This document shows positions 12,654 through 25,949 of a stretch of 64,000 bases of DNA, piece after piece (the stretch's first letter is position 1; every line of letters begins with the position of its first letter). This DNA comes from Eledone cirrhosa. Lineage: Eukaryota. Position numbers and translations under genes: made by a program. Location of the stretch: assembly GCA_964016885.1 (NCBI GenBank), contig OZ024741.1, positions 377,394,001 to 377,458,000 of the forward strand. Direction: 5' to 3'. Under the pieces are notes generated by a model. The model had not been told where the DNA came from. It saw only the letters and a list, made by a program, of their open reading frames with translations, and did not search any database.

Positions 12654-14573
12654 AAATGATACATGACATACCCTGACAGAGTAGATGGTTAAGATTCAGT
12701 CATAGTAGTGATTAACTTATGACAAAACTCAATATTTATACACTGATATTGAGAACATGAGATAACCTATACAAACAATAGAGAGGGGGGTGTAATAGAG
12801 TTTAAGAAATACATGGCATCAATATAACAGTTATAACATATTTTTTATATTTAAAAACTACTGGGGAAAGAGGAGGGAAAGGAAAGCATAGATGAAGAAA
12901 CAGCTGATATTATAATATATTTAGTAGGTGGCTTGAAAAAACAGATGAAAGATGATTAAAGAGAGAGAGAGACAAAGGAGAGTAATTTATGTTCAAGTTT
13001 ATATACACAGATTTCGAAATAAGCAACATATGTCCAAAATAATATAGTTGGCGGTTAATTTTCAAAATATTTAATTAATGTTATCTCCAGGTAATGAATA
13101 ATATTTTAGGTTTTAAAAGTTAAAAGGTATTTGTATTAATATTATAATATAATTATGTTTAATTTCTAAAATTCAAATTTTATGAAACCAAATTTAAAGG
13201 ATTTCCGAAACTCGGGAGAGAAAATATATGTAATGTTTTTATAACTTCACGAAGGTAATCTTTACCAAAATCATTTATAATATTGACAACAGTTTCTATA
13301 ATATAATTTATGACATAATTATAGTTATAATTATTAAAGAATTTATTGTTAAATAGTTTGAATGTCTAAAGTATCAATCGGCCTTATAACTAAACTTGAA
13401 GCAGTCCGAATTTTTAATTATATATATTGATACAAAAATACAAAGATTATAGTTTATGATTTGTTCATAATTGCGGTGATAGTTTTCAAATATATATAAT
13501 ATGATAAAATAATGCAATATAGTAAATAAGTAACTGAAAATATTGTTCACAAATATATATAGTAAAAAATGTTATTAAAAATATTGCTAAAGAATTAATG
13601 TTTTATATCAATTATTTTCATTTAGTTGATATATACTATAAAGATATAAATCAAAACTATATGACTCCTAATGATAGGGGCTAGATAAAAAATAAATATA
13701 CAAATAAAAGAAAAGGAACTGTTTGCGAAAATATAAGATGCCCAATATTAAAAATTTATTATAAATGCAATAGGGTTTTAATATAGTATAGAAAAGATAT
13801 ATCTAAAATATTTTAGCAAATGTGATATCAAGAGGAGCTAAATATTTGAAAAAGCCGAAGGTAATCTAAATTTAATTAAAATAAAATAAAATAAAATAAG
13901 TTAAATTAAATTATATTATATTAAGTAAGGGATTATATAAGGTCAACCTTCCAGGGAATATCAAACACTTATAACAGTATAAAGACATTTGAGTGTCTAA
14001 ATTATTTATAAATGTAACTACGATTATGTTATTGCACTAGATAAAATAGTTGTACAACTATATAGAGATATTATTATAAGTATTAATGAACCGGTATACA
14101 TTTAATAAAAAATAATAATTATAATCATTATTATTAATGCTATAATTGTAGTTTTACCTCCAGTTCAGTGAAGAGATAGACCAATATTTGTCGGCTATTA
14201 TGGTTTGTTATAGTATATGGTTTGTCATATTTATACCTAGATATACATAAAAAAAAAAATGCAAATCTAAATTTCTGAGTCCCCCAAAACATACTCAAAA
14301 TGAGTAAAATATTTAAAATATGTAAACGCATGAGTGATCCACAGTTCAATTATAATCAGTAAATTTACAAGTTAAATATCCAAACTATATATTTAAAACA
14401 GAGACAGATAAAAAAAGATCTGAATCAAAATTATAAATATCCAAAAAATGATAAGGTATGTATTTTTATCAAGTAAACAAGTTATCAAACGAGTGTCCTT
14501 CATTCTAACATTAGTTCTATCATAAATGATTATAAGATAAAGCATTATTAACATTTTATAAACCGTTATGACT

Positions 14574-16876
14574 TTATACGCCCAACAGTTGGTAAGAGAC
14601 GTCAAAAATCAGGCTTGATTGTTTAGTGTTTTTTCCTGACTTTTTGCGAGACTTGGAATGTAGACAAAGCTTTATGAAGGCAGTTTGAGAATAATTCACT
14701 TTTTTTAAAATTAAGTTATCATAATTAGCAATTGTTAATAGGGTCTTCTTTGTGCAGAGGTTGCAGTTAATTGATATGGGTGAGTTGGTATATATTTTAC
14801 TATTACAAAGCTTCGGCCAAAAGATCGAGTATTTTAATTTTTTGTCTTTTAATGACCATATAAGTCGTGATAAAGAAGTCGAAGACTTCCTATTAAAATT
14901 CGAAAATGAGCATTTGTGATTCGCAAATCTCGATTTAAATATCGAAGTTGCTCCTATGTAGTTGTATGTGTTGTTATTTGTTATTAGGGCGCATTTGTAC
15001 ACCAGATTTCTATCCGGACAATTATTTTGCAGAGGGCAATCTGGTTTATTTCTACAATTACATTTTGATTTATTATTATTCATAGTAACACTATTATTAA
15101 TAGCATTATGTTGATTTTGGTTAAGAATTATACTGTTTATTTTAGCGATGTTTGGGCCATATTCATAGTTGTAGAATAAGACAGTTTAATTGTGTGTCTA
15201 TTAAATATGGAGTGGTATTTATGTGGACTAGGGAATGCACTATCTAAAGCTTTAAAAAAATAGATTAGCTATTGGTGTTCTTACTGCTACAGAAGCAGGG
15301 GGGGGGGGGCAACCATATAACTGATTTAGTTCTGGTTCTTTTCCCCGATTTATCCACAGTACAGGTGTTTGAATTACAATTATTATAATTTATAGAATTT
15401 CGTTTATATATGCCATTATTTTATCAGGATTAAGACTCGGATTAATATTGTCTATATATTCTATATTATTTTTATAACCTTCTTTTTTAGCGCATCATTG
15501 TAATATCCTGCATTTTCATCAAATATTGATTTATTGGCAGATATTCTATTTATGCGTTTTTGTACGCTATTTACAATCGCTTTTTTCACAGATTTAGGGT
15601 GATTAGAGTAATAACTAAGGTAATTTAAGTTTTCATTGGTCTTATGGAATGGATAATAAAAACCAGGGTTTAAGTTAAGGGTAACATCAAGGAAATTAAC
15701 TATTTTGGTACCACTTTCTACCTCTAGTTTAAGGTCGTAATTTTTAAAGAATTCAATTATATTTTTCTTTACCCTATTTAGTTCTATATTGTTGTGTTTA
15801 ACAACCGTAAATAAAATATCGTCCCTATATAAACCACCGGTAATCTCTAGCAGTTTTCTATTTATCATATTTAAGATGAAAATCCCCAGAAGATCCCTGA
15901 TTTGAGCTGAATCAGATGATCCCATGCTATTGTCGAAGTTTCTATTTCTATCTGATGGGTCCAATACTCATTGTTGAAGTTAATTAGAGTTCTTCTAGCA
16001 GTTAATATGATATCAATTTCATCCGTAGTTAGATCAGTATGTTTGTAAGCGTACGATAAAGCATTATTTAGTAGGTTAGGCGTAATGGAAGAGTAATAGC
16101 TTCTTATGTCCATCTGGATGAATTTACGGTTTTTCTTATCATCTATATTTTTAATACCATTCAATCACTTCATTTGTATCCTTCCACAATCTCAGTTTAG
16201 ACCTCAATTTCAAAATAGGTAGTATTCTATCAATAATATTTTTACTGATTACTCCAATATCCGATTTTGATGGAGCAATGAGTCTAACTGGCAAGTCTTC
16301 CTCAAAATTTATTTTTTTATCTTTAAAATTGATCCGCGGCTGTCTAGATATAAAAGGCTCGGTTCTTCCTTCAATTCCTAACTTTGCAATTAATTTATAT
16401 GCATCATTATTGATGTCTGTAAGATCATCAGCCGGGGCTTTTTTTATAATTTTTCATTGGTTCTTTTAAAATCAAGTTACTATATTCTTCTTTATTTATC
16501 CCATATAAATTATTTGTTTTGTCCGATTTACCAATATTTTATTAACTTTTTTTATTTCCGAGATTTTTTCTTTTAAAGTTATAAGGTGACCTATATATGG
16601 GTTTTTCCGGAATTTAATTTTCTTAAGTATACCGAGCATTTCAGTTTCAAAATCCTCCAGGAATTTGTTGTATCGAGGATTCTTTTTTTATTTAAATAAA
16701 GTTTCGAAATTATTTCTGTTGGTTTTTCTTTTAGCTTCTTTATAATCGAAATGAAATGCTCGCCATCTCACTCTTGTTATAAAAGAGTTTGTTTGTTCAA
16801 TAATTTTCCTCGTGTATTCCTCACTAGATGGTATAGATATATCCTTGAGGGATGTCGGGAAGGTTGAGAATTCCAT
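14574..16876 (-). pseudogene. PLE RT + GIY-YIG polyprotein, frameshifted
   Basis: ORF pieces 16688-16876, 15871-16164, 15461-15964 and 14574-15083 are collinear. Confidence 0.9.
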
Positions 16877-17049
16877 AATTTATTACATATGCACTCGATT
16901 GTAGAGAAAAGCGCTCAAACTGCTGGGAACTAAATATATTTAAAAGTTAAACAAGGTTCAATGAATACATCAAATAATGAATTTTACAATAGATTGGAAG
17001 CACTCAACAGTTAAGGTTTTCCAGAGGTATTAATATTATATTATTTTAT

Positions 17050-17430
17050 AGCTGTTATATTGATGCCATGTATTTCTTAAACTCTATTACACGCATCGTC
17101 TCTATTGTTTGTATTATGTTATCTCATGTTCTCAATATTAGGGTATGAATATTGAGTTTTGTAATAAGTTAATCACTACCATGACTGAATCTTAACCATC
17201 TACTATGTCAGGGTATGTCATGTATCATGTTATTTTATCTGATGAGGACGTACTGTTGAACTTAACTCAGTACCTCTGAAATATGTATAATAAAATATAA
17301 TTGATCACAAGAATATCTATTTTGTTAATATTTGAATTAATATTAATAACTCTGGAAAATCTTTCTGTTGAGTGCCTCCAATCTATTGTAAAACTCATTA
17401 TTTGATGTATTCATTGAACCTTGTTTAATG
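17050..17430 (+). repeat. Inverted pLTR + 5' leader segment of family A at the element 5' end
   Basis: 17050-17345 matches the pLTR; ~17345-17430 is the reverse complement of ~16947-17035. Confidence 0.88.
17231..17297 (+). ncRNA. Type I hammerhead ribozyme, family A (intact core)
   Basis: Stem I TATTTTAT/ATAAAATA, CTGATGA, 10-position stem II with one mismatch, GAAA, self-complementary stem III ATATGTAT, triplet AUA. Confidence 0.85.
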
Positions 17431-19787
17431 GCCATGAATTGGAATAGAAAGCATAAGAATCGTAGAAATCCCATAGGTGTATCCTAACCATCCATAGGTT
17501 AAGCTACCGTAATCGTAATAGTGAGTCTAATGGTACACTTTTCGGGATTAGTTCTAGGGAACAAGCTAGGCACTCTGATCGCTTACCCAGTGGGAATGTT
17601 TTTACTAATGCTAATAGTGTTGTTTCAACTGATCCTGGTAGTAGCCCTGATCCTATTGATATGATTCCAGATAACAGTAGATATACTAAAGGTAGAAACA
17701 GAAAGAGACTCAATGCGGTTTTGGCTGCTTCTAATAATGTTGTATCAACTAGTCCCCGTAGTAACCCTAATCCTATTAGTGGGATACTGGATAACGGTAG
17801 AGTTCGTAAGGATAGAAATAGGAGGAGACTCAATACTTATTTTAACCTGCGTTATGATCATGAACTGTTATCTAACATCCCTAGGTCTTTATTTTCTATC
17901 TTAGAGAAAAATTTCCCTCCTACTAATAAATACCATAGTATTTTTAATAAAAATGTAATTAAACTATCATTATCTACCACCCCTAATATTAGTTCTCATT
18001 TAGCTAGCACTAACAATAAGAAAATAAGAGACAGCTACTCCTCTTTGCGTACTATTAGTCTTCATAGATCCATTAATGCCTTACCACCTGAGCAGACCTT
18101 ATCTTATAATAACCCTAGAAGTGATGCATCACTTATTCAGCCGGAAAATAGCACCAGGAAGTGTAACTGTAGAGTAAGTATTAACTGCCCTTTAACTGGT
18201 CACTGCTTCACTAGGAACATCGTTTATGCTTGTGAAGTTAAGACTGATTCTTCTAATAGCACATATATAGGCTCCAAATCTAATACTTTTAAAACTAGAT
18301 TTAATTCTCATATCTCTAATTTTAAGCATGTTAAGTTTAAGAACACTACTTCTTTAGCACACGATATCTGGGATCTTACAGGGGCAGGCATGCCATATAG
18401 CCTTAATTGGCGTATAGTAGCACGTTCTAATAACCTATCAACACACACTAAATTCTGTAATCTCTGTATCCTAGAGACCCACTCTATAATTTTCTCTAGG
18501 GAACTATTGCTTAATAGAAAGTCTGAGATATTTCCTTCCTGCCCCCATGCAATTTCTAATTATTTCTTCTATTATAGACCTAAAAGTTCTGGTAGTTTAA
18601 ATCGTATCCATTAGCTGCTATATTTCCTTATCTTTTTTGTTTAGGTTCATTTTGATTACCATCATCTTTCTTATTATTAGTTTTTTTACAACTCTTCGAT
18701 TTTAGTTTCCATAGTCTTTTGGCTACCATGCCCTATCTATCGTCTTAAGCATTATTATAGTTTCACTACTAACAACTTTTGGGTTTATATCTTATTAAAT
18801 ACTTTGGGTTGGAGTCTCATTCAACTAGTGTACCTTCTCCTATACACACTTAATATCTGCCCCTTCTATTATACTATATATAAAATTCACATTTATGCTC
18901 CTTTTATGATATTATATAATATATTGATTTTTTTTATGCTCCTTCCTATCCTCCATAATCTCTCTTCTTTCTGTTCCCATTGGTCTACCATAGTTCTCTT
19001 TAGAGTCTTTTTATTCGATAACGTTATTTGACTGAACAGAGCATATTTTACTCTATTCTTGATAATTTATTGAAATATCTCAAACTTATACGTTTTTGAT
19101 GACTTAAAATATAACCAATTTTGAAGTGACTAAATATGTATTTTAAATACTTTTAATATTAATTAATTTAAAAAGGGTTTCTAGTCAATTCGCCGCTTAC
19201 ATTTCTATCTCTTCTTTTACTTAACCTAAGTAAATATACTTGTTTTTGTTTTTCGATCTTAGGTTTATTTTATTTATTTTTTTACTACCACACGCTGTTT
19301 GTCTGACCATGTAATTTCATTAATATATGTCTGTATGTCAACCACGTAAATATATTTTGTAATATTTTGTGATATTTTGGTAATATTTATGCCAATGTAA
19401 AATGACTTGACCTCCGTGTATTTGTTGCAATGGTATAGATATTTTTTAAACTCAATTTTTTTCAACTCAATTTTTTCAACACTCTTTAGTTCTATAATAT
19501 TTTTTTCTTACCCTGTGTAAAACTTTATACTATTTGTTAACCTTGAATTATATATATGATGTAATTTTGTATATCTTTTCATGCCAATATATTATAATAT
19601 TGTTATTATAATGTTATTATAATGTTTTTATATTGTTTATGCACACTGACAGCGTATTATATTTTATATTTTATTTTTATTTTTATCTTTATTCTTATTT
19701 TTATCTTTATTATATTATTACTGTGAACGATATATACATATATATTTAAATACTTAATAAGTGTTAGTTTGTGTTTGTACTAATGTA

Positions 19788-19833
<46 letters not shown>

Positions 19834-20316
19834 GCTTTTTATTATCACCATCTATTATACTATAATATATTCTATATCGTACTGTAATTCTCGCATTATA
19901 TTGTCATTTGTGTTTCAAGTGTTTGCATTATATAATATTTACAATGTGGGTTCAACATGTTAATCACTTCCTTGCTATTTGGTCTATATCTATGTTTGTA
20001 ACTGCTCGCTCTTAATCTTAGACTACTTTTCCTTGATATCCTTCCTAGGCTTTAATAGATGTATACTCCATATTCTTCTGAGTTTTTGGCTTGTATTAGC
20101 CGATAGTGCTTCTTGTAGCTTTACTTGCCCTGATGAGTCCTTAATAGGACGAAACATTGTTGGCTAATAAAGACTTTTGATGTATTGAAGGCTTCTTTGG
20201 TTTATTTTTTATAATTCTTCGGCTCTGTTTAATTACATTGAGTTATATCTCATACTGTAATTTCTATAATATGAAGAGTGTGTTTAACTCCAACACACTC
20301 TAGTATTTTAATTCTT
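17428..20316 (+). mobile_element. 5'-truncated upstream tandem unit of Hydra-type PLE family B
   Basis: Highly similar to 21897-24375 plus 29865-30356; includes ORF 17661-18614 (CNCRVSINCPLTGHC, NIVY..YIGS, CNLC). Confidence 0.92.
20124..20168 (+). ncRNA. Minimal type I hammerhead ribozyme, family B pLTR
   Basis: GCC CTGATGA GTCC-TTAATA-GGAC GAAA CATTG TT GGC; quasi-palindromic stem III ACATTGT; AATAAA follows. Confidence 0.88.
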
Positions 20317-20387
20317 GTTACGGTTCCCGATTGGTTGAGCTTCTTCCTATATACTGGTGTTTTGGCCTTTATATATATCTGACAGTA

Positions 20388-23085
20388 TGCTAACAAAGAG
20401 CTACCTGCCTTTATCTCTGAAGAATATTCCCATCCCCTCTAGAAATACTTGTGAAAAACTCTTAATTGCTAGTGTTAATTCCTTCGTAAAAAGGATTTGA
20501 TGGCGTGCTTTCCACTTTGATATTAATAGGAATGGGATTGACCCCCGGGATAGGACTCGTTTCAATAACTTTGGTTTCAAGTCTTATAAGAACCCACCGC
20601 ATAATGTTCTATTAGATAATTTTGAGAACGATTTACTTTCCCTTGTCAAAAATATAAAGTATAGGCCGTATAATAGATATGGGAACTATAATAAGTTCGA
20701 CAGGTTCCATCCAAGCTTAAGATAATCGTTAATGATTTTAAAGGGAATAAGTCTATTCTTGTCCCGGCTGACAAGACTAAGAATCCCTACTCTATGGATT
20801 ACAATGCTTACCGTAATTTTATCTATAAGGAGCTGCATAAAAAATACAAAAAGACAACGCAAGTTAATTTGGATCATATCAATAATGAGGGTCTCAAGAT
20901 AGTTTCGGACCTGGGCCTTGATAAGTATAGCCAGCCATATTACCCTAGAGAACCGAGATTCACTCTTAAGGATCATAAGGTAGACTTCATTAGTAATCCT
21001 TCTGTTAGACTTATTAGTCCTTCTAAATCTGATATAGCTATTATTAGTAAGACAATCCTTGACCTGATTATACCAGCCGTTAGGGAAAAGGTTCATTTTA
21101 ATTTATGGGAGAACACTAAGGATGTTATAGATTGGTTCTCTGGAATTAATAAACTTGAGTCTAGTAGGTTTATCCAGTTTGATATTGATGCCTATTACAC
21201 GTCGATTTCACCTATCTTCCTTAATAAAGCCTTAATTATGGCCATGCGAGTGTCTAGCCTTACACGACCGCAGATTGATGTTATACTAGCAGCCCGTAGG
21301 ACTATCATCAAATTCGAGGATACACTTTGGACGCGTAAAAACACACCCAACAATTTCGACGTTACAATGGGTTCGAGTGATTCGGCCCAGGTAACTGATC
21401 TTGTTGGGCTGTTCCTCCTTAATGAACTGTTCTTACCTTTCCGCACCATAAAGGCGGACTTTATCGTGACGATGCTTTGTTTGTGATAAACTCTAGCACC
21501 AACAACATTGAGCATAATAGGAAGAAACTTTATAATTTTTTTTTAAGTTTAACCTTTCGATCACAATTGATAGAAATGATAGAGCAGTCAACTTTTTAGA
21601 CGTGACTTTGGACTTGGTCACTAATAGTTATAAACCCTTCCATAAACCAAATGAGATACAGTCTTATGTTAATCCCAATTCTAACCACACCAAATCTATG
21701 ATTAGCTCTATAATTAACGGTGTATCTAATATAATTTCCACACTCTCTAAGGATATAGGAATATTTAATTCACATGCAGAGTACTATAATAATGCCCTAG
21801 CTAACTCTGGATACTCTGGTAAAATAAGTTATAATGAGAACAACCTTAGAAAGTCTCCGTTAACCCATAATAATAATAACGTAATTTCCCATAATATGGC
21901 CATGCATGGGAATAGAAAGCATACGAATCGTAGAAATCCCACAGGTGTATCCGAACCCATCCATAGGTTAAGCTACCGTAATCGTAATAGTGAGTATAAT
22001 GGTACACTTTTCGGGATTAGTTCTAGGGAACAAGTTAGGCACTCTGATCGCTCACCCAGTGGGAATGTTTTTACTAATTCTAATAGTGTTGTTTCAACTG
22101 ATCCTGGTAGTAGCCCTGATCCTATTGATATGATTCCAGATAACAGTAGATATACTAAAGGTAGAAACAGAAGGCGGCTCAATGGGGTTTTGGCTGCTTC
22201 TAATAATGTTGTTTCAACTAGTCCTCGTAGTAACCATGATCCTATTAGTGGGATACTGGATAACGGTAGAGTTCGTAAGGATAGAAATAGGAGGTGACTC
22301 AATACTTATTTTAACCTGCGTTATGATCATGAACTGTTAACTAACATCCCTAGGTCTTTATTTTCTATCTTAGAGAAAAATTTCCCTCCTACTAATAAAT
22401 ACCATAGTATTTTTAATAAAAATGTAATTAAACTATCATTCTCTACCACCCCTAATATTAGTTCTCATTTAGCTAGCACTAACAGAAAGAAAATAAGAGA
22501 CAGCTACTCCTCTTTGCGTACTACTAGTATTGATAGATCCATTAATGCCTTACCACCTGAGCAGACCTTATCCTATAATAACCCTAGAAGTGATGCCTCA
22601 CTTATTCATCCGGTAAATAGCACCAGGAAGTGTAACTGTAGAGTAAGTATTAACTGTCCTTTAAATGGCCACTGCCTCACTAGGAACATTGTTTATGCTT
22701 GTGAAGTTAAGACTGATTCTTCTAATAGCACATATATAGGCTCCACATCTAATACTTTTAAAAATAGATTTAATTCTCATATCTCTAATTTTAAGCATGT
22801 TAAGTTTAAGAACTCTACTTCTTTAGCACACCATATCTGGGATCTTAAAGGGGCAGGCATGCCATATAGCCTTAATTGGCGTATAGTAGCACGTTCTAAT
22901 AACCTATCAACTCCACACTAAATTCTGTAATCTCTGTATCCTAGGGACCCACTCTATAATTTTCTCTAGGGAAGTTTTGCTTAATAGAAAGTCTGAGATA
23001 TTTTATTCCAGCCCCCATGTCATTTCTAATTCTTTCTTCTATTATAGACCTAAAAGTTCTGGCAGTTTAAATCGCATCCATTAGC
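20388..23085 (+). pseudogene. PLE RT + GIY-YIG polyprotein, family B, with stops and frameshifts
   Basis: Collinear ORF pieces 20794-21486, 21602-22297 and 22514-22921. Confidence 0.9.
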
Positions 23086-23985
23086 TGCTACATTTCCTTA
23101 TCTTTTTTGTTTAGGTTCATTTTGATTACCATCATCTTTATTATAATTAGCTTTTTTACAATTCTTCGACTTTAGTTTCCATAGTCTTTTGGCTATCATA
23201 CCCTATCTATCGTCTTAAGCATTATTATAGTTTCACTACTAACACCTTTTGGGTTTATATCTTATTAAATACTTTGGGTTGGAGTCTCATTCCACTAGTG
23301 TACCTCCTCCTCTACATACTTAATATCTGCCCCTTCTATTATACTATATATAAATTTCACTTTTATGCTCCTTTTATGATATTATATAATATATTGATTT
23401 TTCTTTTATGCTCCTTCCTAACCTCCATAACCTCTCTTCTTTCTGTTCCCATTGGCCTACCATAGTTCTATTTAGAGTCTTTTTATTTGATAATGTTATT
23501 CGACTGAACAGAGCATATTTTACTCTATTCTTGATAATTTTATTGAAATATTTCAAACTTATACGTTTTTGATGAGTTAAAATATAGCCAATTCTGAAGT
23601 GACTAAATATGTATTTTAAATACTTTTAATATTAATTAATTTAAAAAGGGTCTCTAGTCAATTCGCCGCTTACATTTCTATCTCTTCTTTTACTTAACCG
23701 CTTGTGACACCTAAGTAAATATACTTGTTTTTGTTTTTCGATCTTACGTTTATTTAATTTATTTTTTTACTACCACACTTTGTTTGTCTTACCATGTAAT
23801 TTCATTAATATATGTCTGTATGTCAACCACGTAAATATATTTTGTAATATTTTGTGATATTTTGGTAATATTTATGCCAATGTAAAATGACTTGACCTCC
23901 GTGTATTTGTTGCAATGGTATAGATATTTTTTTCAACTCAATTTCTTTTCAACTCAATTTTTTCAACACTATTTAGTTCTATATG

Positions 23986-24038
23986 TAGTACCAGTAATGC
24001 ACTGGGTATTTGCTGGCCTTGTGCCTAAAGTAGAAACA
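23986..24038 (+). mobile_element. 5'-truncated SINE tail with 18-bp target-site duplication
   Basis: ACTATTTAGTTCTATATG at 23968-23985 and 24039-24056; insert matches the SINE tail at 47170-47255 and 48065-48120; absent from the paralogous site ~19480-19500. Confidence 0.88.
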
Positions 24039-24683
24039 ACTATTTAGTTCTATATGATTTTTTTTTTACCCTGTGTAAAACTTTATACTATTTGTTAACC
24101 TTGAATTATATATATGATGGAATTTTGTATATCTTTTGATGCCAATATATTATAATATTGTTATTATAATGTTATTATAATATTTTTATATTGTTTATGC
24201 ACACTGACAGCGAATTATATATTATATTTTATTTTTATTATTCTCTTTATTCTTATTTTTATCTTTATTATATTATACTGTAAACAATATATACATATAT
24301 ATTTAAATACTTAATAAGTGTTAGTTTGTGTTTGTACTAATGTATATATGTATATATACATATATACATATATATATTTATTTATAAGAGGAATTCCAAC
24401 TTTGTCTGATTTACTCGTTTTATTTACAATCCTTTAAAATATATAACATATAATGGTATTATAATGAAATAGTATGATAGAATATTAAATTCTAAGTGTT
24501 AATTGAACAACAATTGTAATATCATTATATGTTATATATTTTAAAGGATTTTAAATAAAACGAGTAAATCAGACAAAGTTGGAATTCCTCTTATTAATAT
24601 AATCTCCTATACACAATCATACACACCCGTGTATATTTACCTATCTATATTTATATATATGTTCCTATTGTGTATATGCCAAC

Positions 24684-25577
24684 ATGTCTGGAAAGCAACA
24701 AATGAAACCAACAGAATCAGAAAGAATTCTAAAGGAGATATCATCGAAATTATCAACACTTATCACGATGATGGACACACAATCCTCTATTTTAAAGGAA
24801 ATAGAAAAACAATCTACAGACGGAAAACTTATAACTGAACATATAAACTCTGAAATTAAGAATTTAGCTAAAATTATACCAACAGTTATCAAAGATATAA
24901 GAGAAATCCTACCACAACCCCCTTGGATGTCAGAAATAAACGAAAGAAATTTGGAAAACCAAACACATCGAATAAGAAAAGAAATGTGGAAGACATGGAC
25001 AAAATTCCTTAACATAAGAAATCAAAATTTCTTGAAAGCATACAGATGCGAAAAATATGTCGAAACACATTCGAAATGGCTCTCTCTAACGGCACCCATA
25101 CTCCCTCGCAAATACCTAATTACAGAAATTGCAGGAGAACCAGAAGAAGAAACAAAACTCCGATGGGAACTTACATTGACAAAATTCAAGACCGACATCT
25201 CCATTTCTGAATGTAAACAATCCCGCTACAAAGCCAAATATGAAGCTATTGATGACCAAATTGAAGTTGAAATTTCAAAGCTAACGACTGGTATTATAGC
25301 TGAAAAACTACGAGAACTATGGATCGGAGATATCTCAAAAGAAGAAAACAAATCAAGAAAGGTATGGCAGCAGAAACAATTATTTCTCGATGAATATGCT
25401 GCAAATTACGGTAAAGACTCTGGAACCCTGAGAAAAAGCATTAAAAGTGCACAATCTCATCAACACAACATACGCCAGAACACGTGCCAACACAAACACT
25501 CACTATTGAATCAAAGAAGAACTACGGTAATAACTCTTCGCCTTTTCTACAAAAACACCCTATCGCACACAACATGA
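24684..25577 (+). CDS. Upstream ORF of PLE family C, K/E/I/L-rich, probably helical/coiled-coil; function unknown
   Basis: 297-aa ATG-initiated ORF directly after the 5' terminal repeat and before the RT frame; probably continued by frameshifted pieces to ~25950. Confidence 0.65.
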   Translation: MSGKQQMKPTESERILKEISSKLSTLITMMDTQSSILKEIEKQSTDGKLITEHINSEIKNLAKIIPTVIKDIREILPQPPWMSEINERNLENQTHRIRKEMWKTWTKFLNIRNQNFLKAYRCEKYVETHSKWLSLTAPILPRKYLITEIAGEPEEETKLRWELTLTKFKTDISISECKQSRYKAKYEAIDDQIEVEISKLTTGIIAEKLRELWIGDISKEENKSRKVWQQKQLFLDEYAANYGKDSGTLRKSIKSAQSHQHNIRQNTCQHKHSLLNQRRTTVITLRLFYKNTLSHTT

Positions 25578-25949
25578 ACAAAAAGCACAAACACGATAGA
25601 TATTCCTTTGAACAGACCATGAGAAGTAGTAAAACCAGGAGATCATTCTCAAGATCTCAACAGAGACTACCAACAAGGAATGTGGAAATAAAACGTAGAA
25701 TAACCAGATCACTCTCAAGATCTCAACAGAGATTGCCCACAAGAAACTGGACGAATAAATGATCTAAACCTGAAAGCAAACCTAGGTCATTTTCCCAGAT
25801 TGTTAAAAATAATGCTAACAGGAAGAAAAATAATATACAGAATACCAAAAATAGGACAAAATACATAACGAAACCAAATATAATATCACGACCAAAGGTT
25901 CATCAAGCGAACACCAACAGGAATATAAATCCTGAACAGAGAAAAATCC

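Larger units (their letters stand above)
12541..17045 (-). mobile_element. Near full-length Hydra-type Penelope-like element, family A
   Basis: Frameshifted ORF 16876->14574: SLKDISIPS..RVRWRAFHF, FIQMDIRSYYSSI, MGSSDSAQ, GGLYRDD, VNFLDVTL, SNHP, CNCRNKPDCPLQNNC, LVY..YIGAT, CNLC; long AT-rich 3' UTR ending in a hammerhead-bearing pLTR at (TA)n. Confidence 0.92.

Noticed and set aside
20490-22300. In-frame TGA codons in family B as selenocysteine (as in some Naiad PLEs)
   Set aside because: Both replace Arg: the paralog has AGA at the 22295 position and family A has RVRWR at the other. They are not at Cys positions and the ORF also has frameshifts
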